Shown here one piece after another: positions 40,448 through 48,773 of a stretch of 64,000 bases of DNA (its first letter is position 1; every line of letters begins with the position of its first letter). Below the pieces are notes generated by a model. The model saw nothing but the letters and a program-made list of their open reading frames with translations, had not been told where the DNA came from and searched no databases. The stretch is taken from contig JBGFRC010000019.1 of assembly GCA_041695325.1 (NCBI GenBank), positions 871 through 64,870 of the forward strand, written 5' to 3'. This DNA comes from Pseudomonadota bacterium (lineage in GTDB: Bacteria; Pseudomonadota; Gammaproteobacteria; SURF-13). Both the position numbers and the translations under genes were made by a program.

Positions 40448-41263
40448 TTACGGATAAAAAAACGTGCCATCAATGGGTGACGACGCGCTGGCGTAGGGCT
40501 TACGCGGCATGCGCCCCGCCAGATAGGCCTCGCGCCCGGCCTGCACCGCCTTGTTCATGGCGCTCGCCATCAGCACGGGGTTTTTCGCGGCGGCGATGGC
40601 GGTGTTCATGAGCACGCCGTCGCAGCCCAGCTCCATGGCGATGGCGGCGTCCGAGGCGGTGCCGACGCCGGCATCCACCAGGATCGGGGCCCTGGCGTTT
40701 TCCACGATCAAACGGATGTTGTAAGGGTTGCGTATGCCTAAACCCGACCCGATGGGCGCAGCCAGCGGCATCACCGCCACGCAGCCCATCTCCTCCAGGC
40801 GCTTGGCGATAAGCGGATCGTCGCTGGTGTACACCATCACCTTGAAGCCTTCCTTAATCAGGATTTCAGCGGCCTTGAGGGTTGCGGGGATGTCGGGAAA
40901 CAGGGTCTTCTGATCGCCCAGCACTTCGAGCTTGACCAGATCATGGCCGTCGAGCAATTCGCGCGCCAGGCGGCAGGTGCGGATCGCATCCTCGGCGGTG
41001 TAACAGCCCGCGGTGTTGGGCAATATCGTATAGCGCTGCGGCGGCAGCACGTCGAGCAGATTGGGCTCGTTCGCATTCTGGCCGATGTTGGTGCGGCGGA
41101 TGGCGACGGTAACGATCTCGGCCCCGCTCGCGACGATGGCGCGACGCGTCTCCTCCAGATCGCGGTACTTGCCGGTGCCGACCAGGAGACGCGAACCATA
41201 GCGCCTGCCCGCGATGATGAGCGGATCGTCGTGTTGCGGCTGGGGCGATGGCAACGCGCTCAT
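40448..41263 (-). CDS. thiG: Thiazole synthase
   Basis: [47 protein letters not shown] 41263 chosen. Confidence 0.95.
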   Translation of the reverse strand: MSALPSPQPQHDDPLIIAGRRYGSRLLVGTGKYRDLEETRRAIVASGAEIVTVAIRRTNIGQNANEPNLLDVLPPQRYTILPNTAGCYTAEDAIRTCRLARELLDGHDLVKLEVLGDQKTLFPDIPATLKAAEILIKEGFKVMVYTSDDPLIAKRLEEMGCVAVMPLAAPIGSGLGIRNPYNIRLIVENARAPILVDAGVGTASDAAIAMELGCDGVLMNTAIAAAKNPVLMASAMNKAVQAGREAYLAGRMPRKPYASASSPIDGTFFYP

Positions 41264-41264
41264 G

Positions 41265-41465
41265 TCAACCTCCTCCCACGGCGTGGATGATCTCCACCCG
41301 GTCGGCGGGTCGCAGCACATGCGTGGCGTAGGCGCCGCGCGGCACGATCTCGCGGTTGATCTCCAGCGCGCAGCGCCGGCCGGCCAGCTCTAGCTGCATG
41401 AGGAGCTGCGTGACGTTACAGCCTTCGGAGACGTCGCGCGCCTGTCCGTTGACGAAAATCTGCAT
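41265..41465 (-). CDS. thiS: Sulfur carrier protein ThiS
   Basis: 66 aa, MQIFVNGQ... ending in GG, immediately upstream of thiG. Confidence 0.9.
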   Translation of the reverse strand: MQIFVNGQARDVSEGCNVTQLLMQLELAGRRCALEINREIVPRGAYATHVLRPADRVEIIHAVGGG

Positions 41466-41540
41466 ACAATACCACTCTCACACCTTCGGGGTCGCTTCAA
41501 TCACCCATTTTAAACTATATGCTAAGCTAAATGAATCCGC

Positions 41541-41614
41541 GCGGGTGTAGTTCAATGGTAGAACTTCAGCTTCCCAAGCTGATAACGTGGGTTCGATTCC
41601 CATCACCCGCTCCA
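41541..41614 (+). tRNA. tRNA-Gly (anticodon CCC)
   Basis: Cloverleaf folded by hand: acceptor GCGGGTG/CACCCGC, D stem GTTC/GAAC, anticodon stem TCAGC/GCTGA with loop TTCCCAA, T stem GTGGG/CCCAT with loop TTCGATT, encoded CCA. Confidence 0.92.
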
Positions 41615-41745
41615 GACACAGATATATGGTGGAAACCCTGATCCGTTGCGCCCTTCGAGCCGGCGCACCAACCGCTCCATGCTGGCGCTGGACGCAGTGT
41701 TGCTGCGCCTGTTCAAATTAAAGATACCGACGGCGCGGTATAACC

Positions 41746-42240
41746 ATGCTGCTCATTTTGATGCGCCACGCCGAAGCCGAGAAAGCCAGCTTGCGCCGCC
41801 ACCCTGACGATGATCTGCGCCCGCTCAGCGCCGCCGGCAAAAAAACCCAGCGCGCCATGAGCAGGGCGCTCAAGCGCATGAGAATCAAGCCCGATCGCAT
41901 CCTCACCAGCCCGCGCCTGCGTGCGCGCCGGACGGCGGAGATCACGGCCAAGATTCTGGGGATGGCGCAGAGGGTGCGCGAAGAGGCGGCGCTCGGCGGC
42001 CGTTATTCACTCAAGGCCGCGCTTGCCCGGCTCATGCGCTGCAAGCCGGACGAGACGGTATTGTGCGTCGGCCACGAGCCGGATTTGAGCGAGCTGGCCC
42101 AGGCGCTGCTGGGCGCGGATTTTCCGATCAAGTTCGGCAAAAGCGGCGTCATGGGCATCGAGTTCAAGCGCCGCGCCGCGCGCGGCGCGGGCGCCTTGCT
42201 CTATTTCTACCGCCCGCAAGACCTGCTGCGCCTGATCTGA
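41746..42240 (+). CDS. sixA: Phosphohistidine phosphatase SixA
   Basis: MLLILMRHAEAE (RHG-type His phosphatase motif), CVGHEPDLS; about 160 aa. Confidence 0.85.
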   Translation: MLLILMRHAEAEKASLRRHPDDDLRPLSAAGKKTQRAMSRALKRMRIKPDRILTSPRLRARRTAEITAKILGMAQRVREEAALGGRYSLKAALARLMRCKPDETVLCVGHEPDLSELAQALLGADFPIKFGKSGVMGIEFKRRAARGAGALLYFYRPQDLLRLI

Positions 42241-42248
42241 ATGATCCT

Positions 42249-42279
42249 AAAAAAAACGGCCGCCCCGCGGGGCGGCCGT
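42249..42279 (-). terminator. Rho-independent terminator (minus orientation) at the sixA/porin convergence
   Basis: Perfect 24-nt palindrome ACGGCCGCCCCGCGGGGCGGCCGT followed on the minus strand by T8. Confidence 0.75.
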
Positions 42280-42297
42280 CAACGGCCGGTTGCAGCT

Positions 42298-42474
42298 CTA
42301 GCAGGCTGTTGAGAAACAGCCTGCGTGCGGTGCAGGGAAGAGCGTAGCGAAGGGTCCCACCGCCATTTTTCAAGCACGCTTTATGTGCCTGAAAAATGAA
42401 GCAAAGCGAAAATGACACTGTTCGCTTTGCGAGTTGAAAAAGCCCATGGAAGGGCTTTTTCAACAACCTGCTAG
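42298..42474. mobile_element. MITE-like element, family A copy 1 (177 bp)
   Basis: TIRs CTAGCAGGCTGTTGAGAAA / CTAGCAGGTTGTTGAAAAA (reverse complement of the right end). Chain of four hairpins. Nearly identical ends and core at 53478-53718. Confidence 0.85.
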
Positions 42475-42481
42475 GAGAAAA

Positions 42482-43558
42482 TCAGAAGCGGTGATTGATG
42501 CCGATGGAGAAGCTGGAAACGTCTCTCCCGCTGGCGGTGGCCAACTCCGCACCGCTGGCGCTGCCGCGCGTAGCGCCCAAACCATAACGCGCGTTTGTTT
42601 CGTTATCGGTGTGGGTGTACAGGGCGTAGGCTTCGGTGCGTCTGCTGAGCCTGTGCCCAAGACCGGCCACGTACCAGTCCGCGCCGCTGTCCGAGGCAGC
42701 GTCATGGTCCCCGGCGCGGGCGTAAGCGACTCTCAGGGTGTTGTCGCCCATCTTGTGTGAAAGCGCCAGATACCAGGCCTCGCGATCAACCCGCGTCGCT
42801 ACACCCTCTTGATCCAACTCCTCGTATACAAAATTGATCTTGGTGTTATCGTGATTGAAGGTGTAGCCGAGACCGAGCTTCCAGGCTTTGGTATCGAAAA
42901 TGCGCGTGCCGGTGGTCCCCCCCGTGCTGTTCGCATCGTTTTCACGGTGCTCGTAGGCCAGCGTGGCGTAGTAGGGAGCGAGGTCGTACACGACCGCCGC
43001 GCTGTACCTGTCCCGGTTAACTGCGCCGTCTTCGTCAGGGCGGTAGGCCGCGAGGAACTGGAAGCCGCTCATCTTCGGGGTGCGGTAGTTGATGCTGTTC
43101 GCCTCGCGCGCATCGAAACGCACGAACTCGCCGGTCACGCTGCCGATGATGGCGTTGTAATCGGCTATGGTATCGCCCCAGTTATCGAGCGGGCCGGTTG
43201 AGAGTCTGTAGGCATTGTCCACGATGCCCATGAGCAGCGTGCCGAGCGGGGCGCTGAGGCCGACGTAGCTGGTGCGGCCCGCTCCGAATAGCGTACCCGT
43301 GGTAGAGGCACCATCATCCAGATTGACCAGTGTTTCGAATTGGAACAGCGCCCTCAGCCCGTTGCCCAAATCTTCCACCGCCTTGAAGCCCAGGCGAGAG
43401 GCATTGCTGGAGACCTCGCTGACGCTGCCTGCGCCCGAGTCGATCACGTCCACGGACATGCGCGCCTGGCCGTAAATCTCGTAGGGTTTGTCCGCCTGTA
43501 CCGCAAAAGGCGCCGCGCACAGCGCCGCGATGAGCGCCGCGTACAGTTTTTTCTTCAT
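42482..43558 (-). CDS. Outer-membrane general porin (Gram-negative porin family)
   Basis: Signal peptide MKKKLYAALIAALCAAPFAVQA, alternating beta-strand pattern, C-terminal ...SIGINHRF. ATG 43558 chosen. Confidence 0.85.
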   Translation of the reverse strand: MKKKLYAALIAALCAAPFAVQADKPYEIYGQARMSVDVIDSGAGSVSEVSSNASRLGFKAVEDLGNGLRALFQFETLVNLDDGASTTGTLFGAGRTSYVGLSAPLGTLLMGIVDNAYRLSTGPLDNWGDTIADYNAIIGSVTGEFVRFDAREANSINYRTPKMSGFQFLAAYRPDEDGAVNRDRYSAAVVYDLAPYYATLAYEHRENDANSTGGTTGTRIFDTKAWKLGLGYTFNHDNTKINFVYEELDQEGVATRVDREAWYLALSHKMGDNTLRVAYARAGDHDAASDSGADWYVAGLGHRLSRRTEAYALYTHTDNETNARYGLGATRGSASGAELATASGRDVSSFSIGINHRF

Positions 43559-43669
43559 GGTTTTACTCTCCTTGACATTTTCGTTGATTATTAACCCGTA
43601 GTAAACCGCTGCGCCGAACCCTGCCCGGCTCACGGCCCTCAAATCTTGCGCCTAGTCTGCGGGAGTCAT

Positions 43670-43698
43670 GTTACATAAAAATGAATAAATTGTTACAG
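43670..43698 (-). promoter_or_regulatory. Candidate Pho box array upstream of the porin (CTGTAAC-AATT-TATTCAT-TTTT-ATGTAAC on the minus strand)
   Basis: Three 7-bp units in 11-bp phase, resembling CTGTCAT-N4-CTGTCAT, about 110 nt upstream of the porin ATG. Confidence 0.4.
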
Positions 43699-43775
43699 GA
43701 TAGTTAAGTTTACCCCTTAGCGGCAAGCCGTGCGCGGTTGCAGATCACCCGCGCCTGCGCTGAACATTCATCCCC

Positions 43776-43793
43776 ATGTCATTTTCCTGTCAC
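43776..43793 (+). promoter_or_regulatory. Candidate Pho box upstream of phoX (ATGTCAT-TTTC-CTGTCAC)
   Basis: 7-4-7 direct repeat matching the PhoB consensus, 47 nt upstream of the phoX ATG. Confidence 0.55.
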
Positions 43794-43839
43794 GCGTTAC
43801 GTGCATGATGCGCGCTTCCAACATAACTGGAGGCTAACC

Positions 43840-45792
43840 ATGCATCACCCCGAAGACGACACGATCAGCAATCCGAGTTCAAATGAAAGCTTCGAATCCA
43901 TCCTGGAAAGAAACCTGTCGCGCCGCCAGGTTCTGAAAGGCGGCCTCGGCGCGGCGGCGGTAGCGATGTTCGGCCCGCCCCTGTTCGATATGAACAAGGC
44001 GCTGGCCGGAACGGATTCCGCGGGCCTTATCGGTTTTACCGGCATCAGCCCATCCACCGCCGACACGGTGCGCGTGCCGGCGGGCTACAGCGCCCAGGTG
44101 CTGTATAGGTGGGGCGACCCGGCATCGGCGGGCCCCGCCTTCCTGCAGGATGCAAGCAACTCCGCCGCCGATCAGATGGTGCAGGCGGGCATGCACCATG
44201 ACGGCATGCACTTCTTTCCGTTCCCGAAGCGCGGCGCGGGGCGCTCCATCCAGTACTCCTCTGATCGCGGCTTGATGTGCATCAACCACGAGTACACCGA
44301 CGACGGCCTGCTGCACCCTGGCGGCATGAGCCCGTGGACCGCGGAAAAGGTCGCCAAGTCCAAGGCCGCGCACGGCGTCTCGGTCATCGAGGTGCGTATG
44401 GATGAGGACGGTGAGTGGAAGGTGAAGCGCCCGTCGGCGTTCGCGCGCCGCATCACCGGCGACACGCCGATACGCATCAGTGGCCCGGTCGCGGGCTCGG
44501 ATTGGGTAAGGACCCTCGCCGATCCCGCGGGACTGACCGTGCTCGGCACGCTCAACAACTGCGCCCACGGCTATACCCCCTGGGGCACGTATCTCACCTG
44601 CGAGGAAAACTGGAACGGCTACTTCGTGAACCGCTCCGGCGCCATCCCTGCCGAGCAGCGCCGCTACGGCATCAGCGCCAACGGCTTCGGCTATCGCTGG
44701 CACGAGCACGACGAGCGCTTCGACGCCGCGCGCCATCCGAACGAGCCCAACCGCTTCGGCTGGGTGGTGGAAATTGATCCGTTCCAGCCGCAGAGCCGGC
44801 CGGTCAAGCGCACCGCGCTCGGGCGCATCAAGCACGAGGGTGCGATCGTGACGCTGGCGCGCGACCAGCGCGTGGTGGTATACACGGGCGACGACGAGCG
44901 CTTTGAGTACATTTACAAATTCGTCAGCCGCGACGCCTTCGACGCGCGCGCGTCAAGCGCCGCGCACAACCGCGACCTGCTCGATCACGGCACGCTGTAC
45001 GTCGCCCGCTTCAACGCCGACGGCGGCGGCGAATGGGTCGCGCTCGAGCACGGGCGCAACGGCCTCACCGCCGGGAACGGATTCTCCAGCCAGGCCGAGG
45101 TGCTGGTCAAGACCCGCCAGGCCGCGGACCGCGTGGGCGCCACCAAGATGGACCGTCCGGAGTGGATCGCGGTACATCCGGTGACGGGCGAGGTGTATTG
45201 CACGCTCACCAACAACAGCCGGCGCGGCGCTGCGGGCCAGCCCGCCACCGACGCCGCCAACCCGCGCGCCAACAACGTCTATGGCCACATCATCCGCTGG
45301 CGCGAGAGCGGCGCCGACAACGCCGCGCTCAGCTTCCAGTGGGACGTGTTCGTGCTGTGCGGCGATCCGGCCAACGCCGACCCGGCCAAGCGCGGCAACA
45401 TCGTCGGCGACATCTACGGCAGCCCTGACGGCCTGTGGTTCGATGACCGCGGCGTGCTGTGGATCCAAACCGACGTTTCGACCAGTACGCTCAACCGGGG
45501 CGACTACGCCAACATGGGCAACAATCAGATGCTCGCCTGCGATCCGGCCACCGGCGAAACCCGCCGCTTCCTCACAGGGCCGCGCGGCTGCGAGGTGACG
45601 GGCGTAGTCGCCACCCCGGATGGCAAGAACCTGTTCGTCAACCTCCAGCACCCGGGTGAAACGGCGGCCGAGCGCGGCGATCCGGCCAATCCCAAGGCCG
45701 TCAGCGCCTGGCCCGACGGCGAGGCCGGCGGCCGTCCGCGCTCCGCAACCGTGGTCATTCGCCGTGATGATGGCGGCGTGATCGGGAGCTAG
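43840..45792 (+). CDS. phoX: PhoX-family (DUF839) Tat-secreted alkaline phosphatase
   Basis: Tat motif SRRQVLKGGLGAAAVAMF and beta-propeller-type sequence with NCAHGYTPWGTYLTCEEN, GRIKHEGA, DRPEWIAVHP, FVNLQHPGE. ATG 43840 with a GGAGG SD. Confidence 0.9.
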   Translation: MHHPEDDTISNPSSNESFESILERNLSRRQVLKGGLGAAAVAMFGPPLFDMNKALAGTDSAGLIGFTGISPSTADTVRVPAGYSAQVLYRWGDPASAGPAFLQDASNSAADQMVQAGMHHDGMHFFPFPKRGAGRSIQYSSDRGLMCINHEYTDDGLLHPGGMSPWTAEKVAKSKAAHGVSVIEVRMDEDGEWKVKRPSAFARRITGDTPIRISGPVAGSDWVRTLADPAGLTVLGTLNNCAHGYTPWGTYLTCEENWNGYFVNRSGAIPAEQRRYGISANGFGYRWHEHDERFDAARHPNEPNRFGWVVEIDPFQPQSRPVKRTALGRIKHEGAIVTLARDQRVVVYTGDDERFEYIYKFVSRDAFDARASSAAHNRDLLDHGTLYVARFNADGGGEWVALEHGRNGLTAGNGFSSQAEVLVKTRQAADRVGATKMDRPEWIAVHPVTGEVYCTLTNNSRRGAAGQPATDAANPRANNVYGHIIRWRESGADNAALSFQWDVFVLCGDPANADPAKRGNIVGDIYGSPDGLWFDDRGVLWIQTDVSTSTLNRGDYANMGNNQMLACDPATGETRRFLTGPRGCEVTGVVATPDGKNLFVNLQHPGETAAERGDPANPKAVSAWPDGEAGGRPRSATVVIRRDDGGVIGS

Positions 45793-45856
45793 CAGGCTGT
45801 TGAGAAGCAGCCTGCGTGCGGTGCAGGGACGCACCGCCCTTTTCCCATACACATAC
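45789..45856. mobile_element. Truncated family A MITE (left TIR plus part of the core)
   Basis: CTAGCAGGCTGTTGAGAAGCAGCCTGCGTGCGGTGCAGGGACGCACCGCCC..., whose core matches the reverse complement of 49770-49812. No right end present. Confidence 0.65.
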
Positions 45857-45859
45857 TCT

Positions 45860-46075
45860 GACGCAAGCATTGCGGGTTCGCATGACGGCACCAACCTGCA
45901 AGACGAGCACGGCACCAATACTCCGTGGCTGGCCGGTTTGCAGTGTCCCTATCGCGTCACCAAACAAAGCGCGCTGTTCCGCGCCGAACGCAGCGGTGGA
46001 TTCGAGGGCATGGCGCTGTCCAGTGACGGCGCCTTCGCCGCCATGATTGAAGGCCGTATCACAAGACTAAACTAA
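45860..46075 (+). pseudogene. Possible remnant of a phytase-like/esterase family gene
   Basis: Frame reads ...RSGGFEGMALSSDGAFAAMIEG..., recalling the GFEG.A.S.DG motif of phytase-like (PF13449-type) proteins. No credible start, and it is bounded by MITE fragments. Confidence 0.25.
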
Positions 46076-46231
46076 AGGAACCTCTGATTTTCCCGCCCCC
46101 CCGGCCCTTGGGACGCCAAAGCCCGCGGGAGAGCAAGGAGCGTCGAGCCGGAGTTTCACGGAAAACCCGAACGGTTGCCGGGGCATATAAGCCCGCATTT
46201 AATCAGGCAATCCTCAATAACTGCGGATCGC

Positions 46232-46341
46232 GTCATTGCGACGCGCTGATGATCGCCTTTAGCCGAGCTCGCCTTTGGCTGCGAGCAGAGCATGGCGGAA
46301 AGCAATCCGGCCTGAAAGGTTACTTCGTTCCCCGCAATGAC
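46232..46341. mobile_element. Third type of MITE-like repeat with GTCATTGCG / CGCAATGAC inverted ends
   Basis: Ends read directly. The translation artefact ...HCDA...VPRNDN resembles the widespread 'ARNDG/SLRGA' small-repeat family. Confidence 0.5.
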
Positions 46342-46432
46342 AATTAATCAGCGTTCCCCTGCAATAAATATTTCACAAATGTTTAATATACTTGGCCGGT
46401 TCATGACCGATTGAGTAAGGCGGAGAAGTTAA

Positions 46433-46723
46433 ATGAGCAAAGACCGTCTGTTTCTGGAACTCTCCACCCCGGCGGGAAATATCATCAGGGTGGGTGACAT
46501 TTACATCAATGAACAGGGCATTGAGCTCAAGGTGACAAAAATCCTGAAGCCGGGCGGGGAGAGCGGCGTATACGTGGAGATGGCCCCCACGGACGAGCGC
46601 TTGAACGACGCCTGCTGGCAAGGCTATTTACTGGTGCTCGCAGACCCCGTGTCGGAAGGAGCCGTGAAGCGCACCCCGCGCGTCTATATAGAAGACATGG
46701 ACAAGCTGATGCCGGCTGCATAG
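46433..46723 (+). CDS. Hypothetical small protein (96 aa)
   Basis: Good SD (GGAG-N8-ATG) and non-GC-artefact composition. No motif recognised. Confidence 0.5.
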   Translation: MSKDRLFLELSTPAGNIIRVGDIYINEQGIELKVTKILKPGGESGVYVEMAPTDERLNDACWQGYLLVLADPVSEGAVKRTPRVYIEDMDKLMPAA

Positions 46724-46801
46724 CATCGTCATGGCGTGAACCCGGCGCTTGGCGGCCGGAATTGTTTCCACGCCGAACTTGATCTATGATAGAACGTAAG
46801 C

Positions 46802-48646
46802 ATGGCTACTCACCACGTTGAGCAGCACGTCCCCCCTTCCGCCGATCAGCCGGAAGCGCAGAGGGCGCAGGCCGGGATGCTCCATGACATCATGGGGCAG
46901 CGATTGCTCACCCCCTTGTTTCAGCCCATCGTCACCTTTCCGGACGGTGCGATTTACGGTTATGAAGCCCTGATCCGCGGCCCATCGGACAGCGTGCTGC
47001 ATACGCCGGGTAATTTGTTCGACACCGCGCTGCGCTCCGGGCAGCTTTCCAGGCTTGACCTGCTGTGCCGTCAAATCACCTTGCGGTCTTATAAGGAACA
47101 GCGTCTCGCCGGCAAGCTGTTTCTGAACATCAATCCGGCCACCCTGTTGCAGCCCGATTTCAAGCCCGGCCTCACCCTGCAACACATGGCGGAGCTGGGA
47201 ATAGGGCCGGAGCAGGTGGTGATGGAGATTACCGAGCACACCCCGGTACACGACTATACGGTGTTGCACAACGCGGCGCTGCATTACAAAGCCATGGGTC
47301 TGGAAGCGGCCATTGACGACCTGGGCGCGGGTTATGCTGGGCTGCGGTTGTGGTCGGAGCTGCGCCCCGATTACGTGAAGATAGACATGCACTTCGTGCA
47401 GGGTATCCACGAAGACAAGGTCAAGCGCAAGTTCATCCAATCCATCCATGAAATCGCGCAGACGCTGAATTGCAAGGTGATCGCCGAGGGCATAGAAACC
47501 AAGGAGGAATATCTCGCGGTTCGGGAGCTCGGCATCCTGATGGGACAGGGCTACTATTTTTCCCGCCCGCACGCCATCGCGCCCCGGATGCTGCCGCAGG
47601 GCGTAATGACGGCCGGGCGCATGCGCAACGCGCACTTTTATCTGCGCAGCTCACAGCGTTTCAGCACCACGGCGGCGCTCGTCCTGGTGCGTGCGCCCAT
47701 CCGCCCCGATCTGCCGTTTCAGGAAGTGGGCGAGCTGTTTTGCGGCGCGCCGCAGTTAAGCTCCATTCCCGTGGTGCGCGAGGACAACGTGCCGGTCGGC
47801 CTGGTGCGGCGTAACCAGTTCATGAACGTCTACGCCAGCCGTTACGGGCGCGAGCTGCACGGCAAGAAACCCATTGCGCGCTTCATGGACAAAAAACCCC
47901 TGATCGTGGATCAGAATCTGCCGCTGGAGAAGCTGAGCAAGCTCGTCACCAGCGAATCGGGGATGCAGATGAACGATGAATTCATCATCACCGCGCGCGG
48001 CCAATACGTCGGCGTGGGCACACTCATCGACCTGCTGCGCAAGATCACCGACCTGCAGGTGCGCAACGCCCGCTACGCCAACCCGCTTACCCTGCTGCCC
48101 GGCAGCGTGCCCATCAACGAATGTCTGGACGGCTTGCTGCAAAAGCGCTGGGGCTTCGTCCTGTGCCATTGCGACCTGGACAATTTCAAACCCTTCAATG
48201 ACGTCTATGGTTACACCCGCGGCGATGAGGTGATTAAATTGCTCGCCGATATTCTCGTTGAGCATGCGCATGACAAGCACGACTTCGTAGGCCACATCGG
48301 CGGCGACGATTTTATCGCGGCGTTTTTGAGCCAGGACTGGCAGCAGCGCTGCCGTTCCATCCTGCAGCGCTTCGAACGCGAAATCCCACGATTCTACGAC
48401 GCCGAGCACCGCGCGGCGGGGGGCATGTGGGCCAAGGATCGGCGCGGTCATGAACTGTTTCACCCGCTCATGAGCCTCTCCATCGCCGCCGTGGAAGCGC
48501 CCGCCGGACGCTTTTCCTCACATCACGAAATTTCCGCGCGCGTCAGTGAAATCAAGCACCTCGCCAAGAGCATGAGCGGCAACAGCCTGTTCATAGACCG
48601 CCGCACGGTGGACTGCTCAGCCGGCCAATTGCCGCTTCCAAATTAG
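46802..48646 (+). CDS. EAL - CBS pair - GGDEF(GGDDF) c-di-GMP signalling protein
   Basis: EAL-domain residues YEALIRG, NINP, EITE, DDLGAGYAGL, KIDMHF, EGIETKEE, QGYYFSRP. Two CBS-like modules. C-terminal NPLTLLPG...DLDNFKPFNDVYGYTRGDEVI...HIGGDDFIAAF. Confidence 0.88.
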   Translation: MATHHVEQHVPPSADQPEAQRAQAGMLHDIMGQRLLTPLFQPIVTFPDGAIYGYEALIRGPSDSVLHTPGNLFDTALRSGQLSRLDLLCRQITLRSYKEQRLAGKLFLNINPATLLQPDFKPGLTLQHMAELGIGPEQVVMEITEHTPVHDYTVLHNAALHYKAMGLEAAIDDLGAGYAGLRLWSELRPDYVKIDMHFVQGIHEDKVKRKFIQSIHEIAQTLNCKVIAEGIETKEEYLAVRELGILMGQGYYFSRPHAIAPRMLPQGVMTAGRMRNAHFYLRSSQRFSTTAALVLVRAPIRPDLPFQEVGELFCGAPQLSSIPVVREDNVPVGLVRRNQFMNVYASRYGRELHGKKPIARFMDKKPLIVDQNLPLEKLSKLVTSESGMQMNDEFIITARGQYVGVGTLIDLLRKITDLQVRNARYANPLTLLPGSVPINECLDGLLQKRWGFVLCHCDLDNFKPFNDVYGYTRGDEVIKLLADILVEHAHDKHDFVGHIGGDDFIAAFLSQDWQQRCRSILQRFEREIPRFYDAEHRAAGGMWAKDRRGHELFHPLMSLSIAAVEAPAGRFSSHHEISARVSEIKHLAKSMSGNSLFIDRRTVDCSAGQLPLPN

Positions 48647-48707
48647 CCCGAGGACGCAGAAAAAATCCTCCCCCGGCTTTTCTGGCAGCCTGCCGAAAAT
48701 CCCCGCC

Positions 48708-48725
48708 TTGTAACACAACTGTAAT
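48708..48725 (+). promoter_or_regulatory. Candidate Pho box upstream of phoB (TTGTAAC-ACAA-CTGTAAT), with TTTAAT -10 ten bp downstream
   Basis: 7-4-7 direct repeat. The -10-like hexamer at 48736-48741 has the spacing expected for PhoB-dependent promoters. 49 nt upstream of the GTG start. Confidence 0.5.
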
Positions 48726-48773
48726 GTTTTTACACTTTAATAGTCATAAACGGCAGAGACCCATCCAGCCACC

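Noticed and set aside
41466-41540. TPP riboswitch upstream of thiS
   Set aside because: Only 75 nt are available, and I could not find the conserved CUGAGA / ACCUGAUCUGGAUAAUGCCAGCG elements on the minus strand.
43879-45918. Minus-strand ORFs 43879-44835 and 44953-45918
   Set aside because: Antisense to phoX. The second runs into a MITE, and its N-terminal LLNSLL/PCTARR peptide is simply the translated repeat.
41541-46432. Possible genomic island integrated at tRNA-Gly
   Set aside because: No integrase, no direct repeat of the tRNA 3' end and no compositional break were noticed. The content (sixA, porin, phoX) is ordinary chromosomal.
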